32,000 bases of DNA from Gemmata obscuriglobus (lineage in GTDB: Bacteria; Planctomycetota; Planctomycetia; Gemmatales; Gemmataceae). The position numbers were made by a program, and so were the translations under genes. The stretch covers positions 90,001 to 122,000 of the forward strand of contig NZ_CP042911.1 of the NCBI RefSeq assembly GCF_008065095.1. The letters run 5' to 3'. The notes beneath the pieces were generated by a model. The model was not told the origin of the DNA. It did no database searches and was given only the letters and a program-made list of their open reading frames with translations. Below, in pieces: positions 17,133 through 26,852 of this stretch; the stretch's first letter is position 1, and every line of letters begins with the position of its first letter.

Positions 17133-17735
17133 TTACGGAGCGTCGGCCTTGTGTGCGGACGAGAAGGGTGAGGGGTGCGCCAAGTTTTGGACCTTTTGTC
17201 GCCACCGGGCTTCGTCGTCGCGGGCCTTCTCGACGTGCTCGTGGCTGCTCAGTTCGGCCCAGATTTCGGCTACGGTCCGGTCGTCCCCGCACGCTGTGCC
17301 CGGCGACTCGATCGCGACCAGAACGGCCGCCTCCTGGGTGCCCGTGAGCGCGTCCGGTTCGGCCCCGGCTGCCGGCGCGGCCGTCTGGGACGCTGTTGGC
17401 GTGTGGGTCGCGGGCAACGAGGGCGGTTCGGCGTGGTCGGCGAGTGCCAGCCCGATCATCGCACAGACCGCGGCCACCGCCGCACCGCCCGTAGCCCACG
17501 TCAGCCCTCGTGACGGGGTCCACGTCAGCCGCTCGCGGAGGCCGGCGCGGAACGCCGCACCGGGTTTGGGAGCGGACTGCCCGAAGGCCGCCGCCGACAG
17601 CCGGACGGCCTCGGCCACCGCGTCGCGGGCCTCCTGGTCGAACGCGAGCCGCTCTTCGAACGTGGCCACTTCCGCCGGCCCGAGGTCGCCGGCCGCGTAC
17701 CGCAGGGCGGTGGACTGGAGCGCCGGATCAGGCAT
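17133..17735 (-). CDS. Putative anti-sigma factor (single transmembrane segment), 200 aa
   Basis: Overlaps the sigma-factor stop by 8 nt. N-terminal LRYAAGDLGPAEVATFEERLAFDQEARDAV resembles an anti-sigma N-domain, with a central transmembrane segment GGAAVAAVCAMIGLALA. Confidence 0.6.
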   Translation of the reverse strand: MPDPALQSTALRYAAGDLGPAEVATFEERLAFDQEARDAVAEAVRLSAAAFGQSAPKPGAAFRAGLRERLTWTPSRGLTWATGGAAVAAVCAMIGLALADHAEPPSLPATHTPTASQTAAPAAGAEPDALTGTQEAAVLVAIESPGTACGDDRTVAEIWAELSSHEHVEKARDDEARWRQKVQNLAHPSPFSSAHKADAP

Positions 17736-18321
17736 ATCGGGCCTCCCAAAGCTGACGGAGCTTTTTCAGCCCGTCGTGCATCCGGGCCAGTGCGGTGTTG
17801 AGCGGGCAGCCCAGTGCGGCCGCCACTTCGCGGAACGTCTTACCATCCAGGACCCGTGCCAGAATCACTTCGCGCTGGGGTCCGGGTAGCAGCGTAAGCA
17901 ATTCGCGGACCCGACGGGCGTCGTCCGCGGTGTCGGCCCGCTGATCGGCCGGCCCGTCGCCGACCAGCCCGAGCAGGACCAGCGGGTCGGCCTGCGTCGG
18001 GACGCGCTTGGCCTTGCGCTTGAGCAGCATGGCCTGCCGGTAGGCGATCGTGAACAGCCACCCGCGGAACGTGTCGGCCGCGACCGCGTCGAGGTTCCGG
18101 AGCGCCTGGACGAACGTTTCCTGGAGCGCGTCCTCGGCCGCGTGGTGGTCCTTGAGTACGCCGATCAGGAAGCGGAACACCGGCTCCTCGTAACGGGCGA
18201 ACAGGGCTTCCAGCGCCCCGGAGTCGCCCGCCTGAAACCGGCGGAGGAGGTCCGTGTCGGTGTCACTTGCTGCGACCATTCGTTCGTGCCCCTGCGGATC
18301 GCTGTTCCCGGTCCCGCTCAC
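17728..18321 (-). CDS. ECF-type RNA polymerase sigma-70 family factor
   Basis: Region 2: LEALFARYEEPVFRFLIGVLKDHHAAEDALQETFVQAL...RGWLFTIAYRQA. Region 4: REVILARVLDGKTFREVAAALGCPLNTALARMHDGLKKLR. GTG 18321 overlaps the upstream stop (GTGA). ATG 18279 is an alternative start. Confidence 0.9.
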   Translation of the reverse strand: MSGTGNSDPQGHERMVAASDTDTDLLRRFQAGDSGALEALFARYEEPVFRFLIGVLKDHHAAEDALQETFVQALRNLDAVAADTFRGWLFTIAYRQAMLLKRKAKRVPTQADPLVLLGLVGDGPADQRADTADDARRVRELLTLLPGPQREVILARVLDGKTFREVAAALGCPLNTALARMHDGLKKLRQLWEARYA

Positions 18322-19148
18322 GAACGCATCCTCTTGTCACCCTTCGCGAACTTTTGCCCGCCCCGCTTCTTTTTCCGGTCGTCCTCGTCGTCCTCGTCCT
18401 CGTCTTCGTCGTCATCATCGTCTTTCTTGCCGTCCGCCTCTTCCTCGTCGGTGGACCCTTCGACTTCTTCGAAGCCGGCTTTCACTTCGGGGTTCTGGAG
18501 CATCACGATCGCGTAGATGCCGACCAGGAACGGGACGATGCCCATGACCGCCCCGACCATGGCCCACGGGTACGACGCCAGCTCTTGCATCTGACTGGCG
18601 CAGAAGCACAGCATCGCCCCCCAGAAGAAGGCGGTGACCCCGATGGTCATCTGGATGATGGCCTCTTCGGTTTCCTCTTCGCCCGGCGGGGCGTCGTTGA
18701 AAATGAGCGGGAAGGCGCCCGCAACAAGGATGAACAGCCCGATGATGCCGGTGGCCAACCCCGCGAGCGTGAGCAGGTTGCTGGGCATGACCAGCAGCGA
18801 CATGGCCGGGCCGCGGGCGCTCTTCTTGTGCTTGTCCTGGATCTCGTTGAACGACGGCTTGTTCCGCTCTGCCTGTTCCTTTTCCGCCTCGGTCTCGGCG
18901 ATGACGCCGTACCCCTTTTTGACCGATTCGGCGTCCTCGTCGTCGTCGACGAACGGTTTGGGCTTCGGCGGCTCGGGCTTCTTCGGCTCGTCCACGAGCT
19001 TGAGCGTGCCGGCGGCCGCGCCGCCGGGTTCCGGGACGAACGCTTGGCCGCACTTGGGGCAGTTCACGGACTTGCCGACCGCGATCCGGCTGGAGGTTTT
19101 CAGCACGACCCCGCACGCGGGGTTGGTACACGTGTACGACACGGACAT
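18318..19148 (-). CDS. Zn-ribbon membrane protein with a poly-acidic then basic tail, 276 aa
   Basis: CTNPACG...CPKCG (CxxC-N18-CxxC), four hydrophobic segments, and C-terminal DDDDDEDEDEDDEDDRKKKRGGQKF. I chose the ATG at 19148. Confidence 0.7.
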   Translation of the reverse strand: MSVSYTCTNPACGVVLKTSSRIAVGKSVNCPKCGQAFVPEPGGAAAGTLKLVDEPKKPEPPKPKPFVDDDEDAESVKKGYGVIAETEAEKEQAERNKPSFNEIQDKHKKSARGPAMSLLVMPSNLLTLAGLATGIIGLFILVAGAFPLIFNDAPPGEEETEEAIIQMTIGVTAFFWGAMLCFCASQMQELASYPWAMVGAVMGIVPFLVGIYAIVMLQNPEVKAGFEEVEGSTDEEEADGKKDDDDDEDEDEDDEDDRKKKRGGQKFAKGDKRMRS

Positions 19149-19251
19149 TCGGCACTCCCGCGGCGAACCAGCACGACGTCGACAACAATACATGAGCGAG
19201 AAATGGCAGCGCAGGATCATCCTAACTCATCGCGGCGGTAGAAACCAGCGG

Positions 19252-19785
19252 CTACCGGAGATCGGGATTTGCGGCCCGCAGCGCGCGGAGCGCGACGCGA
19301 AGGGAATCGAAGGCCATTTCCTCGTCCGGTACGTCACCCAGGCGGCGCCATTCGATGCTGCGGACCGCGTCCAGGGCGGCGGCGCGTTCGGGATCGACCG
19401 CTTCCGCCGAAAAGTATAGGTCCACGACCGGGTAGAGCACCTCGCGGTAGGGGTAGAGGTTGGGGAACGAGGTGACGAACCGCAGGTTGTGCAGTTCGAG
19501 CCCGACTTCCTCGCGGACCTCGCGCCGGGTGCCCTCTTCGGCCGACTCGCCGAAATCGAGGAACCCGCCGGGCACGCCGAACTTCCCGGCGGCGGGATCT
19601 TTCTCGCGGCGGATGAGCAAAATCTGGCCATCTGACCGGAAGATGAACGCCGCGCCCGCGACGGTGGGGTTGAAGAAGAACGTGAACCCGCACCCCGGGC
19701 ACTGGAGCGGGGTGTGCCCGACGTTGGCGTCCGGGCGCGGGTGGCCGCACCGCGGACAGAAGCGAAAGATCTCGGCCGGGCGCAT
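19252..19785 (-). CDS. NUDIX hydrolase with N-terminal zinc ribbon, 177 aa
   Basis: CPRCG...CPGCG followed by the Nudix box GGFLDFGESAEEGTRREVREEVGL. I chose the ATG at 19785. Confidence 0.85.
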   Translation of the reverse strand: MRPAEIFRFCPRCGHPRPDANVGHTPLQCPGCGFTFFFNPTVAGAAFIFRSDGQILLIRREKDPAAGKFGVPGGFLDFGESAEEGTRREVREEVGLELHNLRFVTSFPNLYPYREVLYPVVDLYFSAEAVDPERAAALDAVRSIEWRRLGDVPDEEMAFDSLRVALRALRAANPDLR

Positions 19786-19839
19786 TCGTATCCCTCCCCT
19801 GTTCCTTTCTCGAATAGGGAGAGGGAATCGAATCGCGGA

Positions 19840-19966
19840 GAACCCACCCCCAACCCCTCCCTGCAGGGAGGGGAGCAAACCCCTTGAGAAATGATTTGCG
19901 GATCAGACACGTTGGGCGTGTTTTGCAGAACTCCCCTCCCTGCAGGGAGGGGTTGGGGGTGGGTTC
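19840..19966. repeat. 34-bp perfect inverted-repeat pair separated by 59 bp; each arm contains the 20-bp palindrome cccctccctgcagggagggg
   Basis: gaacccacccccaacccctccctgcagggagggg at 19840-19873 is the exact reverse complement of 19933-19966. Confidence 0.9.
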
Positions 19967-19988
19967 TTCGCCACACGCGCCGTTCGCC

Positions 19989-20651
19989 TCAACGTTTCCC
20001 CAACACCAAATCCACAACCCAGCACCCGCGAGCGTGAACCGTGTCGGCGCGGCAGTGGTTCAGGATGTCGTCGTTGTCGCAACCCGCGTCCTGAAGCGCG
20101 TCGGCGAGGATCGGCATTCGGTCGAACGCGCGGTCGTCGTAAATGCCCTGTGCGAGCGTAACGGCGGTTGACGTGCGCCAGGCGGGGGCGAATGCAACCG
20201 GGCGGAACGGGTTGCCGAAAACACAACGTGTGAGCGCCGCGAGTTGCCGTTTCTCTTCTGTTGGCTTGTTGCCCCGCGCGGAGTTGAACGGTGCCGTGGA
20301 CGTTAACCGCCAGACTTTTACTGCTTCCCACACCTTGCCGCTGCAAACACCGAACAGGATGTCGTGCAGCGGCTTTGGGTCCGATTTGGCGAGTGACTGT
20401 CCGGCCATCACCCAGGCGTTCCACAAAAAATCATCTGTCGTTCCAATACCGTCGGCAAACTGCTCTGCAACTTCGACTGCTCGCTGTTGGGCGATTTGAC
20501 CGATTGACGGCCAAATCCTGCGCACACAACCGACCGCGAACAGCCGGAATTTCCGCTGGCCCATTTTGGTTTGCAGCGTCGGACCGTTCCGACGTGCGTA
20601 CATGAGGAGGTTAAGTGGGTTTTGTGCCGACAACCACTCCTCTTCCGTCAT
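19989..20651 (-). CDS. Conserved hypothetical protein, 220 aa, with a Cys/His-bearing C-terminal motif
   Basis: RKFRLFAVGCVRRIW, AVEVAEQFADG, CVFGNPFRPV and MPILADALQDAGCDNDDILNHCR..HARGCWVVDLVLGK. I recall this arrangement as a recurrent uncharacterised family in Planctomycetes and Myxobacteria. GC is lower than in neighbouring genes. Confidence 0.75.
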   Translation of the reverse strand: MTEEEWLSAQNPLNLLMYARRNGPTLQTKMGQRKFRLFAVGCVRRIWPSIGQIAQQRAVEVAEQFADGIGTTDDFLWNAWVMAGQSLAKSDPKPLHDILFGVCSGKVWEAVKVWRLTSTAPFNSARGNKPTEEKRQLAALTRCVFGNPFRPVAFAPAWRTSTAVTLAQGIYDDRAFDRMPILADALQDAGCDNDDILNHCRADTVHARGCWVVDLVLGKR

Positions 20652-20661
20652 CGCCGCGGCC

Positions 20662-22077
20662 TCACGAGTTCAGCGGCTTGCCGGCCCACGCCATCCGCGC
20701 GGCCTCTCCAACGGCCTCGCTCAGGGTCGGGTGCGCGTGCGTGCAGCGGGCGATGTCCTCCGCGCTGCCCTTGTACTCCATAATCGTCACGCACTCGGCG
20801 ATCAGGTCGGACGCCCGCGGGCCGAGGATGTGAACGCCGAGCACGCGGTCGGTCTTCGCGTCGGCGAGCACCTTCACGAAGCCGTCGCGCTCGTCCATCG
20901 CCTGCGCCCGCCCGGTCGCGGCGAACTTGAACTTGCCCACCCGGTACTCGACGCCCTTTTCCTTCAACTGCTCTTCGGTGAGGCCCACGCTGGCCACTTC
21001 CGGCCAGGTGTAGATGACGCTCGGGATCGCGTCGTAGTTGACGTGCGGCTTCATCCCGGCGAGCGTCTCGGCGAACACCACGCCCTCCTCGCTCGCCTTG
21101 TGGGCGAGCATCGGGCCGGTGACGAGGTCGCCGATCGCGTACACCCCGGGGACGTTGGTGCGGTAGTGCGCGTCGATCTCGACGCGGCCGCTCTTGGGGT
21201 CGTACTTCACGCCGGCTTCGTCCAGGCCGAGCCCCGCGGTGTACGGCCGCCGCCCGACGGACACCAGCACCCGGTCGCCGGTGACCTTGATCTCCTTGCC
21301 GTCCTTGCCCTGCGCGGTCACGGTGACCGAGTCGCCCTCGACCTTCGCGCCGGTCACCTTCGTTTCGAGGTGGAACTCGAACCCCTGCTTCACGAGCAGT
21401 TTGTGGACCTCGTTCGCGATCTCGCCGTCGCTGATCGCGAGGATGCGCGGCAGGAACTCGATGACCGTGACCTTCGCCCCGAGTCTTTTCCAGACCGAGC
21501 CGAGTTCCAGCCCGATGTACCCGCCGCCGACGATGATGAGGTGCTTGGGCACCGGGTTGAAGTTCAGCGCCTCGGTGCTGCCGACGACGTACTTCCCGTC
21601 GAACTTCAGGAACGGGAGTTCGATGCTCTCGCTGCCGGTGGCGAGCAGCACGTTCTTCGCTTCGAGCGTGCTCTTCGCGCCGTCCGCGGCAGTTACCTCG
21701 ACCTTGTTGCCCTTCAACAGCTTGCCCGAGCCGTAAACGGGTGTGACGCCATACTTCTTGAACAGGAACGTGACCCCGCCGGTGAGGTCGCCGACGACCT
21801 TGTCCTTGCGCTTGAGCATGGTGTCGAGGTCGAGCGCGACGCTCCCGACCTTCACCCCGTGCCGCGCGAGCTTGTGCAGCGTGTGTTCGTAGGCCTCCGA
21901 CGAGTCGAGCAGCGCCTTCGACGGGATGCAGCCGACGTTGAGGCACGTTCCGCCGAGCGCCTTGTTCGACCGCTTCTCGACGCACGCGGTCTTGAGCCCG
22001 AGCTGCGCCGCCCGAATGGCCGCCATGTACCCGCCGGGTCCGCCGCCGATCACCACGAGGTCGTAGCTGTCCGCCAT
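20662..22077 (-). CDS. lpdA: Dihydrolipoyl dehydrogenase (E3), 471 aa
   Basis: YDLVVIGGGPGGY (FAD binding), redox-active GGTCLNVGCIPSK, and C-terminal HAHPTLSE. I chose the ATG at 22077. Confidence 0.95.
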   Translation of the reverse strand: MADSYDLVVIGGGPGGYMAAIRAAQLGLKTACVEKRSNKALGGTCLNVGCIPSKALLDSSEAYEHTLHKLARHGVKVGSVALDLDTMLKRKDKVVGDLTGGVTFLFKKYGVTPVYGSGKLLKGNKVEVTAADGAKSTLEAKNVLLATGSESIELPFLKFDGKYVVGSTEALNFNPVPKHLIIVGGGYIGLELGSVWKRLGAKVTVIEFLPRILAISDGEIANEVHKLLVKQGFEFHLETKVTGAKVEGDSVTVTAQGKDGKEIKVTGDRVLVSVGRRPYTAGLGLDEAGVKYDPKSGRVEIDAHYRTNVPGVYAIGDLVTGPMLAHKASEEGVVFAETLAGMKPHVNYDAIPSVIYTWPEVASVGLTEEQLKEKGVEYRVGKFKFAATGRAQAMDERDGFVKVLADAKTDRVLGVHILGPRASDLIAECVTIMEYKGSAEDIARCTHAHPTLSEAVGEAARMAWAGKPLNS

Positions 22078-22102
22078 CGAATGCCCCAACAAAAAGATTG
22101 AT

Positions 22103-22203
22103 GGCCACAAAAAAGCACAAAGGGCACAAAAGGAAACCAAGACAGAGAGAGACCGTTTCTCTCTCTTCGCTTACTTTTGTGCCCTTTGTGCTTTTTTGTG
22201 GCC
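22103..22203. repeat. 101-bp composite palindrome (30-bp perfect arms plus an inner 9-bp stem) in the sucB-lpdA spacer
   Basis: ggccacaaaaaagcacaaagggcacaaaag at 22103-22132 is the exact reverse complement of 22174-22203. The inner stem pairs agagagaga at 22144-22152 with tctctctct at 22158-22166. Confidence 0.9.
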
Positions 22204-22213
22204 AATCTGGATT

Positions 22214-23437
<1,224 letters not shown>

Positions 23438-23511
23438 TCGCGACCCCTGTATGAAGACGCCCACGGACGCATCCGTGGGCGCGGCGCACGCTCACCCGCT
23501 ACCAATTTTAC

Positions 23512-26500
23512 TCAGGCCCCCGGCGCGCCGGCTTTCACGCCGGTTATCGCGGTCTTGTCTTCGGCGGCGCCGGTGTGCCCGTTCGCGTGCGCGCCGTTGA
23601 TCGTGGTCGCGGCGGTCTTCCACCCGACCCAGCCCGGCCCGATCGGCCCCGACGGCGTCGGCGCGAACGCCGCGTCGACAAGCAGCTTCTGCTCCAGCTC
23701 GTGAACGTGGTGCGAGCCGGTGGCGGGGCTGGCGCTGGCGTCGCGGCCGACGTACTCGAACGGGAAGCTCATGGCCCGCAGCCGCGGCTCCACGAACGAC
23801 CAGCCGCCCATGTTCTGGGACTCTTCCTGCACCCAGAGGAACTCGCGGGCGCGGCGGTACTTGCTCAGCGCCGCGGAGAGCTGTGCCTCCGGCCACGGGT
23901 ACAGTTGTTCCAGTCGCAGGATCGCGACCGCCTGCGTTTTCAGCTCCTCACGCTTTTTCACGAGGTCGTAGTAGACCTTGCCCGAACATACCAGCACGCG
24001 GGTGACGAGGTCCGCGCTGCCTTCGTGCGAGGGGGAACCCCCCGCGGGTTCCCCCTGCGACCCCCTCCGGTCGTCGTCGAGCACCTCGCGGAAGTGGGTG
24101 CTTCCGGCGAACTCGCTCACCGGCGACACGGCCGCGGGCAGGCGCAGGAGACTCTTGGGCGTCATCACCACGAGCGGCTTGCGGAAGCCCCGTTTCACCT
24201 GCCGCCGGAGGAGGTGGAAGTACTGCGCCGGGGTGGTCGGGTACGCGACCTGGATGTTGTCCTCGGCGCACATCTGGAGGAACCGCTCCAGGCGCGCGGA
24301 AGAGTGTTCCGGCCCCTGGCCCTCGTAGGCGTGGGGGAGCAGCAGCACCAGGCCGCTGGACCGGTTCCACTTCGACTCGCAGGACGTGAGGAACTGGTCG
24401 ATGATGACCTGGGCGCCGTTGGCGAAGTCGCCGAACTGCGCCTCCCACATCACCAGCGATTCGGGATCGTCGAGCGAGTACCCGAACTCGAAACCCATCA
24501 CCGCGGCTTCCGACAGCGAGCTGTCGATCACGTCGAACGGCGCCTGCTTCGGGTCGAGGGTCGTGAGCGGGTAGTAGTCGTACCCGGTCTCGTAATCGAC
24601 CACCACCGCGTGCCGCTGCGTGAACGTCCCGCGGCGGCTGTCCTGACCGCTGAGCCGCACGGGGACGCCTTCCAGCACGAGCGAGCCGATCGCGAGCGCC
24701 TCGCCCGTCCCCCAATCGACGCTGCCCCGCTTCTTGATGTTCTCGGACCGGGTGAGCAGGATCTTCAACAGGTTCGGGTGGACGGTGAACCCGTCCGGGA
24801 ACGTGCCGAGGGCGGTCCCGATGCGGTCCAGAACGGCGTCCCCGATGCCGGTGGCGACCGGGTCGTGCGAGTAGCGGTTGGTGAACCCCTTCCAGCGCCC
24901 GGAGAAGCCCTCCATCCCGCGCTTCTTGGTCTCGCCCTTCTTCACCATCTCCTTGACCTGCTGGTGCGCCGCCTCGAGCTGGCTGCGGTACGCCGCGGCG
25001 ACCGCCTCGGCGTCGCGCAGGGACTCGGAGAGCTTCTGGTCGAACTCGCGCACGATGTCCGCGACCACGGCCTCCGTGACGCTCGGGTCCTCGGTGGCGC
25101 CGGCGAGCTTCGCCGCGTAGATGGTCGAGAGCGGCTTCTTCTGCGCGATCACCTTGGCCTGGAGGGGCTGCGTGTAGCCCGGGTTGTCGCCCTCGTTGTG
25201 CCCCCACCGGCGGTAGCACACGAGGTCGATCACCACGTCGCACTTGAACTGCTGGCGGAACTCCAGCGCGAACTCCGCGGCGGCGACGCACGCCTCCGGG
25301 TCCTCCGCGTTGACGTGCAGGATGGGCGCCTGGATGAACTTCGCGATGTCGGTGCAGTACTGCGTGCTGCGGCTGTCGCGCGGGTTGGTGGTGAACCCGA
25401 TCTGGTTGTTCACCACGACGTGGATGGTGCCGCCGGTGCGGTACCCGGCGAGGTTCATCAGGTTGAACGTCTCCATGATGACGCCCTGGCCCGCGAACGC
25501 CGCGTCGCCGTGGATGAGCACGGGCACGCCGGTGACGCGCTCCTTGTCGCCGTGCCTGCGCTGCTTGGCCCGCACCCGGCCCTCGACCACCGGGTTCACG
25601 ATCTCCAGGTGGCTCGGGTTGGGGGTGACGGAGAGGTGGACCGTACCGCCGTCGGCCGTCTCGACGTCCGCCGAGAACCCGAGGTGGTACTTCACGTCGC
25701 CGTCGCCGTCGTGCGTCGAGAGCGGGAGGTAGTTGTCCTCGAACTCGTTGAAGATCTCGCTGAACGGCTTGTGCAGCGTGTTGGCGAGCACGTTCAGGCG
25801 GCCGCGGTGGGCCATCCCGATGACCACCTCTTTCACCCCGAGCGACGGCCCCTTCTCGATGATCGCGTCGAGCACCGGGATGAGGGTCTCGCCGCCCTCG
25901 AGCGAGAACCGCTTCTGGCCCACGTACTTGGTGTGCAGGAACTTCTCGAACAGCTCGGCCTGGTGCAGGGTGAGCAGGATGCGGTACTTCTGCCGCAGCT
26001 TCAGCATCGGCCGGTTGCAGGTCGGTTCCAGCCGGGAGGCGATCCAGGAGCGCACGTCGAGCGAGTCGATGTGCATGTACTCGATGCCGGTGGTGCCGCA
26101 GTAGGTGGCTTTGAGGGTGGTGAGCAGGTCGCGAAGGGTGGCCGGGCCGTTCAGCCCGTAGTACATGCTGCCGTCGATGGTGCGATCGAGGTCGGCTTCC
26201 GAGAGCCCGAAGTTCTCGAGTTTGAGAAGGGGGCAGGGCGGGGGCGGGTCACTGGCGAGCGGGTTCACGTCGGCCTGGAGGTGTCCGGCCTGTCGGTACC
26301 AGAACACGAGCCGCGTGACGCCCGTTTGCACCCGAAGGTCGGCCGAACTCGCGGCCCCGCTTCCACTTCCGCCGGCCGGCGCGGCCCCGCCGGGGAGCGT
26401 GCCGGCGAACTGCATTCCCGCGAAGAACGCCTGCCACGTCTGGTCGACCGAGTTCTTGTCTTGCTGCCACCGGCGGAACTGTGCTTCGACGTATTCGCCG

Positions 26501-26514
26501 TTCTCGCTGAACAT
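23512..26514 (-). CDS. sucA: 2-oxoglutarate dehydrogenase E1 component, 1000 aa
   Basis: YCGTTGIEYMHI, KRFSLEGGE, GMAHRGRLNVL, HGDAAFAGQG and WEAQFGDFANGAQ are canonical E1o blocks. I chose the ATG at 26514 (MFSENGEYVEAQF). Confidence 0.95.
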   Translation of the reverse strand: MFSENGEYVEAQFRRWQQDKNSVDQTWQAFFAGMQFAGTLPGGAAPAGGSGSGAASSADLRVQTGVTRLVFWYRQAGHLQADVNPLASDPPPPCPLLKLENFGLSEADLDRTIDGSMYYGLNGPATLRDLLTTLKATYCGTTGIEYMHIDSLDVRSWIASRLEPTCNRPMLKLRQKYRILLTLHQAELFEKFLHTKYVGQKRFSLEGGETLIPVLDAIIEKGPSLGVKEVVIGMAHRGRLNVLANTLHKPFSEIFNEFEDNYLPLSTHDGDGDVKYHLGFSADVETADGGTVHLSVTPNPSHLEIVNPVVEGRVRAKQRRHGDKERVTGVPVLIHGDAAFAGQGVIMETFNLMNLAGYRTGGTIHVVVNNQIGFTTNPRDSRSTQYCTDIAKFIQAPILHVNAEDPEACVAAAEFALEFRQQFKCDVVIDLVCYRRWGHNEGDNPGYTQPLQAKVIAQKKPLSTIYAAKLAGATEDPSVTEAVVADIVREFDQKLSESLRDAEAVAAAYRSQLEAAHQQVKEMVKKGETKKRGMEGFSGRWKGFTNRYSHDPVATGIGDAVLDRIGTALGTFPDGFTVHPNLLKILLTRSENIKKRGSVDWGTGEALAIGSLVLEGVPVRLSGQDSRRGTFTQRHAVVVDYETGYDYYPLTTLDPKQAPFDVIDSSLSEAAVMGFEFGYSLDDPESLVMWEAQFGDFANGAQVIIDQFLTSCESKWNRSSGLVLLLPHAYEGQGPEHSSARLERFLQMCAEDNIQVAYPTTPAQYFHLLRRQVKRGFRKPLVVMTPKSLLRLPAAVSPVSEFAGSTHFREVLDDDRRGSQGEPAGGSPSHEGSADLVTRVLVCSGKVYYDLVKKREELKTQAVAILRLEQLYPWPEAQLSAALSKYRRAREFLWVQEESQNMGGWSFVEPRLRAMSFPFEYVGRDASASPATGSHHVHELEQKLLVDAAFAPTPSGPIGPGWVGWKTAATTINGAHANGHTGAAEDKTAITGVKAGAPGA

Positions 26515-26852
26515 TACAAGCTCCGGTGGGCACGCACGGGCGGCAGGAGGGAGAGGTAAAGTTACTGATAGCGGCGCGCGCGCCCCGGACAAGGCAGGCG
26601 GCCTGCAACCATTATACCGACGAGTCCCCGTGCCGTTTCTTGCGCGCCGGTGCCAACTTTCGTCGCCATTCGAGCCCGTTGTCGATGGTGCCCGACTCGT
26701 GAGCGCCGTGAAAGGGCCGCTTCCCGTCGCCGTTTTGCTGAGGCCGTGCCCGGTCGGACCGATTCCCCGTCTGCGTTGCTGATAAACTGGGACCGCTGGC
26801 GAAGACACTGTTGAACCGTTCGGCGGTATCGCGCCGTTTAACCGGGGGAAAC

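Noticed and set aside
19149-19251. ECF-type autoregulated promoter (GGAAC-N16/17-CGT) upstream of the sigma module. I also looked at 16971-17132.
   Set aside because: I read both regions on the minus strand and found no convincing -35/-10 pair. Only short gacttccg/cggaagtc inverted repeats are present at 17.02-17.06 kb.
23575-26559. 994-aa plus-strand ORF. Similar long ORFs occur at 1254-2444, 12337-14367, 14437-16002, 18267-19241, 20566-22101, 22196-23704, 8278-9360, 6449-7348(-), 11032-12318(-), 11082-12299, 26948-27922(-) and 28490-29545(-).
   Set aside because: All are antisense or off-frame to genes with unmistakable conserved families (sucA, lpdA, sucB, ISAs1 transposase and others). 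Their products are Arg/Pro/Gly/His-rich low-complexity strings, typical of stop-poor alternative frames in high-GC DNA.
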